IMG/VR virus record: IMGVR_UViG_3300002062_000002
Reading direction: 5' to 3' (one strand)
Length of the DNA stretch: 56,730 nucleotides
DNA from: a virus
Each line of letters begins with the position of its first letter. Position 1 is the first letter of the stretch. The translations under genes were made by a program, and so were the position numbers. The notes under the pieces were generated by a model, which saw only the letters and a program-made list of their open reading frames with translations, did no database searches and was not told where the DNA came from. Shown piece by piece: positions 49,113 to 56,730 of this stretch.

Positions 49113-50744
49113 TTACATCCGTCGTATGTCTTGTTCTAATTTTCGTAATACGGTTTTGTGTTTGGGTGGTTCTACTGTAACGTTAAGATCGTTTAGGATC
49201 ATATAGGGATTGGCACAATCTCTGCCCGTGGGGTTTGATTTAGGTTGATTCAAATGACTACCAATGGCCAGTTGGCTGGAGTGTAGAATCATCTGTGGGT
49301 CAAGTTCCTTTGAACTAGAACTGAATCCGTCATCCACCTGTGTTTGCTGTACCATATTGCTAGTGACTTTAATAAACATATTGTCACTTGATATTTGCTG
49401 ATGTTCACTTTCCCGATGACTGTCACTGTTAATTTTAAATACAGCTTCACGGGTTAATGCACGGGTAAGAATTTTATCTACTTTATCGGCAGTTAGCACA
49501 CGCTTATCGGGGGCCAGGTTAAATATACCAATAAAGATATTATAGGTAACATCAAATAACAGGTAATTTAGTATTGACAAGTTTTTACCATACATGGTCG
49601 ACATATCGGTTTGTATCATGATCTTTGACATATTGAATATCAAACATCCAAACAAATCCCATATATCCGTTGCATGGATACCGACCCGTACAAGTTTTTG
49701 CCTAGCTAGTTCATCCACATAATCCGATACCGACGCAATGTGGGTATCCATTTCATTTGCCAACTTACCTTCACTTCGCTGGCTCATGATAATTTTACCC
49801 AATGCTAAACGCCACATGGCGGTATCTTCTACTTCGTCCGGTAATACATTTTGAGGTACGTGGTCTGCAATATAAAACACCGCCGCAATAAAATTACGTA
49901 ACTTGGCATTTTTATCGTACTCACTTTTTGGGATAGCAAACTTAAGTGTAGTTTGATCATACACCGTTAAACGCTTTGCTGCGGGTGGGCGTGTTCCGTT
50001 TCTAGCGTGCACGGAAGATACAATAACCCATTCCGCTGGACTATATTGCTTCGTTGACATAGTAGAGTCGCCCACAACAATATCAACCTTGGCATAGCGT
50101 TTAAATGTTTCCGTTAATCCAAATTTACAAAACATATAATGCGCAATTGACGTATCGCAATTGACGCTAGTTTTACCACGACTAGTATCTTTATTTTTTA
50201 TGTTGTGTATTCGAGAGGTGACCACCTCCCCCGTGGTCACGGTACCATTGGCGATGAATCCATGCGACTTGCGTTCAAAGTTAAGCCGTGCCCGTGTTAA
50301 CGGAATAAAGATACCATTCTTTTCTACCGATATAGCCCAGTCGGCCACAACTGGGCTGATAAAATAACGCGTACCCCTAATACGCATTGCCCCACCCTCG
50401 GTAACAAATGGCAGATAGATAAACTTTGGTTTAAGCTGTGTAACTACCCCTTCGTCATCTTTAAAGCTAAATAATAACTTAACTAAAAAGACATCCGATT
50501 TGGCTAGCTCTATCTGCTGCTTCGTAAACCGCATTTTAGTAACTTCAAAATATTCTTCCTGTGGTGTGCACCGTACGATGTCTTCAAAAACCAACCCTGG
50601 CCTTGCCGACTTACATGCACATTTCATGACTCCCCGAATGTAATCTAAAGCATGTTTAACCTGCTCAACCGCCAACCCACGACATATGCGTTCGTTGAAT
50701 GGCGGGACGTCCTCGATTATTTTATCAAATAGGAATGTATCCAT
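49113..50744 (-). CDS. Non-virion RNA polymerase beta subunit, N-terminal part (phiKZ gp123-like)
   Basis: 543 aa; PPFNERICRGLA, CTPQEEY, IYLPFVTEGGAMRIRGTRYFISPV (cf. RpoB IPLMT..GTFVING.ERV), PKSNPTGR; position near the capsid gene. Confidence 0.82.
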   Translation of the reverse strand: MDTFLFDKIIEDVPPFNERICRGLAVEQVKHALDYIRGVMKCACKSARPGLVFEDIVRCTPQEEYFEVTKMRFTKQQIELAKSDVFLVKLLFSFKDDEGVVTQLKPKFIYLPFVTEGGAMRIRGTRYFISPVVADWAISVEKNGIFIPLTRARLNFERKSHGFIANGTVTTGEVVTSRIHNIKNKDTSRGKTSVNCDTSIAHYMFCKFGLTETFKRYAKVDIVVGDSTMSTKQYSPAEWVIVSSVHARNGTRPPAAKRLTVYDQTTLKFAIPKSEYDKNAKLRNFIAAVFYIADHVPQNVLPDEVEDTAMWRLALGKIIMSQRSEGKLANEMDTHIASVSDYVDELARQKLVRVGIHATDIWDLFGCLIFNMSKIMIQTDMSTMYGKNLSILNYLLFDVTYNIFIGIFNLAPDKRVLTADKVDKILTRALTREAVFKINSDSHRESEHQQISSDNMFIKVTSNMVQQTQVDDGFSSSSKELDPQMILHSSQLAIGSHLNQPKSNPTGRDCANPYMILNDLNVTVEPPKHKTVLRKLEQDIRRM

Positions 50745-50810
50745 AGTTACTGTGAAACTCCGTGGTTGTTTTTATATACCAAAATATGAGAGAATCGCCT
50801 ATTTTTTCAC

Positions 50811-51995
50811 TTATTTCAATAGCATCAACCCAAGTCCACCGATAACACTAATGGCTTTCACCATAGTACTGATGAAGTTATCTGTTCGTGTTTCAGTATT
50901 TTCTTTGGCTTTTATTCTATTGCGATCAGTTTCCAATAAATACCGTTCGTTGTCTAAATTTAGTTGGTTCTTTCTAATTTTATCTTTCAAATCAATTACC
51001 TCCTGATTCAGTTTCGTAATGGTTTTTTCATAATCACTTTTGAGTGACTCTAATTCTTTTTGGTGCGTTTCTTTTAACTTGGTTAGCTCTATTTGCAATA
51101 CCGTATCCATACTTGAACGCTCAGCTTCATCCACGGTATCAAATATTGGAATATGATACCAGCGATCAACGCTGTCGTTTTTGTCGCCGTCAACAGGTAT
51201 CCATTGAATTTCCCCACCTGGCTTTTTAACAAATCGAAATAGCCCCGACTCCAATTTAGGACTACTGCACACCGGCACTCTAGTTGCCGTACCGTCGAGA
51301 TTAACCCAGTAGTCAGACTTCCCGTCAAAACTATCATTTACCACCATCACACAGCCAAACATTAGACCTGTGTGGGTGGAGGTGTTACTTTTTGCATGCA
51401 CTAGATTTGATCGATGTAACTGTGGGGTCATTAATGCATTAAGACTCATTTTTACATTCAATGAATCAATAATGATTTCAGAATGACTGTATAGTTGAGC
51501 TGTCGTCACTTTATAACGTCGAGACGTACGATCGTACTGTAACACTTTATTGTTTATTTCCTCCTCGTGTAATGCATTTAAATTAACTACCCCGTCTTTA
51601 TTATCAATGGTCGATACCACAACAAACTCTCCCAGGTTTTCGTCCTCGGGAGGAAGCTTGCAAACGTGCCCATCTGTAGTGCATACCGTAACCGCCTCTC
51701 CCGTATAATTAAAGTAACTATACATTTCAGATACAGTAGGCTTGCGTAACGTACCGCCAGGAACATTAATGCCGTGTTCCATTAGCCATTCCTTGTCACA
51801 TTTTACAGAGTCCCACTTCTGTAACGTTAACGGCGTACGGTCATCCAGTGCAGCAATGTCCCCCAGTGAATTGGCAGGTAGTTCGTCTACGTGCGCGTCA
51901 GTCACATTGGTCTGGTGTATATCGACATCCACCTCTTCCCCTCTAACCACATGTAATAACGGGCTTTTATTTACTACATAACTTCGTGATCCCAT
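50811..51995 (-). CDS. Hypothetical protein with C-terminal coiled coil and hydrophobic tail
   Basis: 394 aa, between the RNAP and capsid genes. Confidence 0.7.
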   Translation of the reverse strand: MGSRSYVVNKSPLLHVVRGEEVDVDIHQTNVTDAHVDELPANSLGDIAALDDRTPLTLQKWDSVKCDKEWLMEHGINVPGGTLRKPTVSEMYSYFNYTGEAVTVCTTDGHVCKLPPEDENLGEFVVVSTIDNKDGVVNLNALHEEEINNKVLQYDRTSRRYKVTTAQLYSHSEIIIDSLNVKMSLNALMTPQLHRSNLVHAKSNTSTHTGLMFGCVMVVNDSFDGKSDYWVNLDGTATRVPVCSSPKLESGLFRFVKKPGGEIQWIPVDGDKNDSVDRWYHIPIFDTVDEAERSSMDTVLQIELTKLKETHQKELESLKSDYEKTITKLNQEVIDLKDKIRKNQLNLDNERYLLETDRNRIKAKENTETRTDNFISTMVKAISVIGGLGLMLLK

Positions 51996-52055
51996 ACTAC
52001 GTATTCCCCGAATGGTATTTACTTTATTACGTCTAAATTATATTAGATCACTTAG

Positions 52056-52063
52056 ATAATATA
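52056..52063 (-). promoter_or_regulatory. Early promoter variant TATATTAT
   Basis: Minus strand CATATATTATCTAAGTG resembles the three TATATTAC sites. Confidence 0.5.
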
Positions 52064-52092
52064 TGTGTCAAAATACATTGATTCCAGCCATT

Positions 52093-52122
52093 CGGCATAA
52101 ATGAGCGGACACGCCGCTCATT
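52093..52122 (-). terminator. Hairpin + TTATGCCG element after the capsid gene
   Basis: AATGAGCGG/CCGCTCATT stem adjacent to CGGCATAA. Confidence 0.7.
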
Positions 52123-52147
52123 CACTTATACCGTGTAACTAAACTTA

Positions 52148-54283
52148 TTAGTCGCGACTTGATGATTTAAGTGCTTCTTCTAATTTAACCACATCGATAC
52201 GGGCCATAACTGGCAGTAGGGCAATGTGACGGTTACGCGTTTGTACTGTTGTAACTTTAGCCGTTGAACCTGAAGTGCTAACATCTGAACTACTTACGAA
52301 TTCAGGAATCCAAGCATGGCAACCAAAGCTTAATGGATCAGCTTCACCCTTAGTGTTCTCACGAACAAACGTTAAGAAGATAGTGTCCTTCATACGATTA
52401 TCTGGAGAGACTACCACTTCAAAGTCCATGCCAATGCTAGCCGTACGCTCGTCACCAGTTACCATCAAATGACGGGCAATGACACTGCTAGTTGCAATGA
52501 TTAAACGCGGACGTGTTTCGTTGCTGTTTGTAATATACTCTAACGCCGTTTGGTAGTTAGAATCTTGTGCCATTGGATACGCTAAACTACGAATGGCGTT
52601 AATCAATACGCCTTCAACATCAGCCGCACGCTCATGTGACTTATTAGAGTCAATAGAAGCTTCAACGTCAATTGTCGTACGCTTAAACCAAGGTGTTACT
52701 AAATGACGACCGGCACCTTCAATATCGGGGACTGGCATGTCATTCATAACAGCATTGGCATATTGCTCTAACGTGGCAGCACGACTAAGCAATTTAGTCA
52801 CAGCATCGTTCGACGTACGAGTACGACTGACGGCAGTAATTGTTTTAAGGTCAGTAGCGCGACGCTTCTCAGAATCGCCCACTGGCTGCTTAGCTGTAAT
52901 TGGCGCATTAAAACCAACACTATAACGCTCTACTTTAGCTACGTTACTCGCTAAAATATCGCGGTGACGCAAGTTAGCATTTGAATGTGTAGCGTCGATA
53001 TCGTAGCCAATAAATTCAAATGTTAATGCATCAACCATTGCACGACCCGCACCTGAACGAGTAGATATCTCGCTACCGTCTTCGCTGTATAAACCTGAAG
53101 CCGTTGGACTTGGACCGTGGACATTTAATTCCGCCGTCTCAAGGTTAACGCGACCAGAAGCTTGAACTGTAATGGTCAGTGTCTGGTTACCTAAGCCACT
53201 CAGTGCTTCTGCCGGTACCGCTGCAATGTCAGTTGTGGTAGAACGCAATGCAATTGCTGAAGCTATAAAGCTTAGCGTCATTGCACGGGCGTCTTCACCT
53301 TCAGGCGAGGGGTAAAACGTTGAACGTGCAAGTGAGTCTGTGTTAATGGCGACAACAGAGACTTTTGGATTACCGGCATCAGTTGCATCTGTAACGCGAA
53401 TATATACGCGTGAGATACCGATCTGGCCGTCAAGTGAATCTTCGTCGGTTAACGCTTGGCCATTGTTTAATGGTGACGACGACGAAATGGCCAATAGGTC
53501 TAACGTGCTACCTGGACGCAGTGGCGCGGTACTAATATCTTTACCGTCAATGGTACGCACTGTAGGTGTAATGTCGCTTGAGGCGGTAAAGTTTTTCGTG
53601 TTTTCATTTACACCGCTATCGATGTACACCGGAATGACTTTTGTTGCTTCTGATTCAAGAATGGTGTGGTCCGCAATGGCACCAATTACGTTCTGCTTAT
53701 TAAAGTCACTGACCGCACCATTGATATTGCGACGAACTTCTTTATGTACAACAACTTGATCAATCGTAACATCAATGCCACCCACTTCAGGCGTTTGAAC
53801 AATCGTTGGGAATAACGTTTCTGCAAATTTGTCTTGCTGTGCCGCTTCAAGGTTAAACGCAATTGAATACGACGCAAAGTCGCCGATAGCCGAACGGTCA
53901 AATGATTCTAGCGATACGGTGCCGGCGTTATCCGAAACAACGTTAACGCCCGAGGCGGTTACAACATCTTTAGTGGCTTCGCTATGGTACTTATCAGTGT
54001 CGCCTAAGCCCATGGTAATAATGGAAGCTGCTTCAAGGCCAATTGAGCCGTCGAGTTCTGCTTCAGAAATGCCAACGTTACTAAGTACGTCACGCAATTG
54101 AGTTTCAACAGATTCAAAACTTGCCGCGCCAGCTAACACGTCGGCCGATTCGATAGAAACAACTTGGTCTGCATACTGTGGAGATAATAATTCATCACCA
54201 GCGCTGGCGAGAGCGGCGGTTACACCGGCATTGATAGTGGCAATTTTCGCACCTTGCTGGTGCTTGGAGTTAAAACGTGACAT
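52148..54283 (-). CDS. Major capsid protein (phiKZ gp120-like)
   Basis: VSLE/SFD processing-type site, AAQQDKFAETLFPTIV, HSNANLRHR, RTSNDAV, RNRHIALLPV; RBS AAGGGA before ATG 54283; TATG late-promoter motif near 54351. Confidence 0.92.
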   Translation of the reverse strand: MSRFNSKHQQGAKIATINAGVTAALASAGDELLSPQYADQVVSIESADVLAGAASFESVETQLRDVLSNVGISEAELDGSIGLEAASIITMGLGDTDKYHSEATKDVVTASGVNVVSDNAGTVSLESFDRSAIGDFASYSIAFNLEAAQQDKFAETLFPTIVQTPEVGGIDVTIDQVVVHKEVRRNINGAVSDFNKQNVIGAIADHTILESEATKVIPVYIDSGVNENTKNFTASSDITPTVRTIDGKDISTAPLRPGSTLDLLAISSSSPLNNGQALTDEDSLDGQIGISRVYIRVTDATDAGNPKVSVVAINTDSLARSTFYPSPEGEDARAMTLSFIASAIALRSTTTDIAAVPAEALSGLGNQTLTITVQASGRVNLETAELNVHGPSPTASGLYSEDGSEISTRSGAGRAMVDALTFEFIGYDIDATHSNANLRHRDILASNVAKVERYSVGFNAPITAKQPVGDSEKRRATDLKTITAVSRTRTSNDAVTKLLSRAATLEQYANAVMNDMPVPDIEGAGRHLVTPWFKRTTIDVEASIDSNKSHERAADVEGVLINAIRSLAYPMAQDSNYQTALEYITNSNETRPRLIIATSSVIARHLMVTGDERTASIGMDFEVVVSPDNRMKDTIFLTFVRENTKGEADPLSFGCHAWIPEFVSSSDVSTSGSTAKVTTVQTRNRHIALLPVMARIDVVKLEEALKSSSRD

Positions 54284-54378
54284 TATGTATATCCCTTTTT
54301 TACTAATACGTATTTTTAAAAAGAAACTCCTTGATGGAGTGTCAACCACACATACTATATTAAATTACAGATAAAAAA

Positions 54379-54897
54379 CTAAATTTGTTTAACGTACTCT
54401 AAAAATACGGGTAGGGCGTAAACCCTTTGTTCGGGTAAATACCGCAGTAAACATTGCATAAGATTACATAACGATTCCTGAGTTGTTGTCTTATTAATAA
54501 CCAAAGCAATTTCATCGCTACCCAACGGAATAGCTTCAAAGCCATACCGCTTAATGGAAGAATGACACGGTAGTTCCAACGTGACGTTTCCCAAAGCAAG
54601 ATCTCTCTGGACAGGAAGACCTACTGCATCTCCATTATATTGAGCAGCGAACGCCTCCATAGTAGTATCGCCAATGGCGTTCATTAAATCATACTGCAGA
54701 GAATCTTGTGTTTTATCCAACTCACGTAGAGTATGAACTACCGATGAAGGCAGGTGATTGGCTACACGTGTAAGAAAAAATAAATCCTCCTTACTTAATA
54801 TGTTTATTAACTTATCCGTATCACACACGGTATGTAGAGGCTGGCGATTGTTATCTAATTTCGCTTTAAGCCACATGGGCACAATTCTTATTTTCAT
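54379..54897 (-). CDS. Hypothetical protein (phiKZ gp119 position)
   Basis: 172 aa, between the helicase and capsid genes. Confidence 0.6.
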   Translation of the reverse strand: MKIRIVPMWLKAKLDNNRQPLHTVCDTDKLINILSKEDLFFLTRVANHLPSSVVHTLRELDKTQDSLQYDLMNAIGDTTMEAFAAQYNGDAVGLPVQRDLALGNVTLELPCHSSIKRYGFEAIPLGSDEIALVINKTTTQESLCNLMQCLLRYLPEQRVYALPVFLEYVKQI

Positions 54898-54941
54898 GAT
54901 ATTCCCTTAATTTATAAAACTTTATTACATAGAGCATTAAA

Positions 54942-56471
54942 ATGGACAATAAATTAATATTGGTTAACCTCATCACTTTACTATTCAGAGAACGTGAATT
55001 GGAGGGGGCCGGCACGGACAGTTCCACTATAGCTTCGGAAGTTATTGCTACCGTTAAATTGGCCGAAACTACAACGGAAGTAGACATGGGCCACGACACC
55101 GTCATTGCACTAAAAAATACTGCACAATGGCTACTGGAGTCTTCCATAAAAACCGCTATAAAGCGTGAGGATTTACTTCAAAGGATTAGAGTTAATGTCG
55201 CGGATGAAACCTATCTACTAGAGGCGGTATCGCATGGCATTGCAGAGTTGCCCAATAGTACGGACGTAGAAGACGCTTGTCATCGAGCAGCGACAGATTT
55301 AAAAGTCACATTAAACAAAGAACGCTTAAAGGGCGCGGTAAAGAAACTATACCTAGATACCCACTACAGTGATGGCGAGGTGGAGTGGGATAAATTACCC
55401 GGACGCATTATGGGTGAGATGGAAGAGTTCTCCAGTGCAATGACCGGACGCGAAGTTCACGATGAGATGGTTACTGAAATTGATATCTCAGATACGGCGG
55501 CGTTAACCACCGCCTTACAGAAAGCACGTGCCTCAAATACATCAGAAGGCGTGTTAAAGTTAGGGTGGCGGGGTTGGAACAAAATGTTTGGGGTAGTAGA
55601 CGGTTTTCGTCGAGGCGATGAGGTGTGTATAGGTGCACTACAACACAATTTTAAATCAGGTACTTTACTGCACATTGCTCGCCAGATAGCAACCTATAAT
55701 GTACCGTATATGTTAAACCCCAATAAAAAACCACTTATTGTACATTTTACGCTAGAGAACTCGGCGGAAGATAATATGATGATTCTATATAAGTGGTTTA
55801 AGGAAGACGAAACCGGGGAAGAGTTTGATGTTAGAGACCCCGACCTTAACCTGGGGGAGGCTGCTGAATACGTACAGAAAAAGTTGTCCGTCAACGGTTA
55901 CCATTTTAAATTCTTACGTTTTAATCCGTCAGATTTTACACATGAAAAGTTTGCTAAGTTAATACGGGACTACGAGAAGGAATATGAAATACACCTTATC
56001 TCTTTAGATTATGCCAATCTGATGTCTAAGGAAGGATGCACCGGCGGTACCGACTCTGCCATTATACGTGATCTGTTTAGACGATTACGTAACCACACTA
56101 ACCCCAGGGGCATTACATTACTTACAGCACACCAACTCTCGTCGGATGCAAAGTATCTATTACGGGTAGGGTGCGATAATTTTGTTAAAGAAATTGCCAA
56201 TCGTGGTTACTGGGCGGACTGTAAACAGATAGATCAAGAATTGGATATTGAAATAATTATTCACTTGGAGCGGCCGGGAGATGGCACAACCTACCTTACT
56301 GCATGTCGGGGGAAACACCGATGTCCGTTTGTTACACCAGAAAAAGATTTATATACGGTATATAAATTTAGACGTGTGGGTGGATTACCGGACGATTACA
56401 ATAAAGACAGCGTGGCATTGAACAAGGTGGGCATGGGTTCTATTGGCAGTGAGGACGGGCTATGGGATTAA
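54942..56471 (+). CDS. dnaB: DnaB-like replicative helicase (phiKZ gp118-like)
   Basis: GFRRGD..IGALQHNFKSG, FTLEN, LDYANL, LTAHQLS, RGKHR. Confidence 0.9.
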   Translation: MDNKLILVNLITLLFRERELEGAGTDSSTIASEVIATVKLAETTTEVDMGHDTVIALKNTAQWLLESSIKTAIKREDLLQRIRVNVADETYLLEAVSHGIAELPNSTDVEDACHRAATDLKVTLNKERLKGAVKKLYLDTHYSDGEVEWDKLPGRIMGEMEEFSSAMTGREVHDEMVTEIDISDTAALTTALQKARASNTSEGVLKLGWRGWNKMFGVVDGFRRGDEVCIGALQHNFKSGTLLHIARQIATYNVPYMLNPNKKPLIVHFTLENSAEDNMMILYKWFKEDETGEEFDVRDPDLNLGEAAEYVQKKLSVNGYHFKFLRFNPSDFTHEKFAKLIRDYEKEYEIHLISLDYANLMSKEGCTGGTDSAIIRDLFRRLRNHTNPRGITLLTAHQLSSDAKYLLRVGCDNFVKEIANRGYWADCKQIDQELDIEIIIHLERPGDGTTYLTACRGKHRCPFVTPEKDLYTVYKFRRVGGLPDDYNKDSVALNKVGMGSIGSEDGLWD

Positions 56472-56511
56472 TTGTATGTAACCCAATCACCTAAATAGAA
56501 TTTATATAACT

Positions 56512-56730
56512 ATGTTAAAGTATACCGATATACCAAAAAATCAATGTCGACAATGCACCCTTAAAAAAGAGGAGGGGGATTTTCCTGTACGGTTTGGAAT
56601 TCCCCTTAAAACTTGCCACGCTTGCATTGAAAGTAACCAAGTTAGGGAGGCCAGTAACCGAATAAAGCGAGCGGGAATAGGTGGGCAAGTATCCGGCAAT
56701 ATAAAATTTTGTCGTGCCTGCAACACCCCC
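56512..56730 (+). CDS. CxxC zinc-finger protein, possibly a homing endonuclease; runs off the window end
   Basis: Not in the track. MLKYTDIPKNQCRQCTLKKEEGDF...KTCHACIE...KFCRACNTP has three CxxC pairs. Confidence 0.6.
   Translation, partial: MLKYTDIPKNQCRQCTLKKEEGDFPVRFGIPLKTCHACIESNQVREASNRIKRAGIGGQVSGNIKFCRACNTP

Noticed and set aside
56541-56726. Minus-strand 61-aa ORF
   Set aside because: Antisense to the better-supported + strand CxxC ORF starting at 56512.
1-56730. Genome-wide TAG stop-codon reassignment
   Set aside because: Core genes are intact under code 11, and TAG stops at 12374 and 28068 are followed directly by a convergent gene or terminator.

Overview
A 56.7 kb segment of a phiKZ-like jumbo phage (probably Chimalliviridae; chimallin itself is not in this window). 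Core genes recognised by motif and synteny: virion RNAP beta' (truncated, missing from the ORF track), a 2115-aa gp181-like tail protein, virion RNAP beta C-terminal subunit, RecA/UvsX, RNase H, SbcC, a baseplate spike, tail-fibre-like genes, GH108 endolysin, holin-like and spanin-like genes, thymidylate kinase, RuvC-like resolvase, portal, non-virion RNAP beta subunit, major capsid protein and DnaB helicase. The strongest unexplained signal is in a very Thr-rich fibre gene (32571-36725). Its coding sequence is broken into three reading-frame segments, and each break follows one copy of a near-identical 59-bp element (35804-35862, 36214-36272). Removing each element between flanking GTT triplets restores one continuous ORF, which suggests a recoding, mini-intron or mini-mobile-element system. 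Other notable items: a catalytically dead M23 domain in the gp181-like protein, a degenerate tmk paralogue, hairpin+TATGCC terminator-like elements, phiKZ-type early promoters and a structured ~350-nt intergenic region. All homology calls come from recognising motifs and gene order; no database searches were run.
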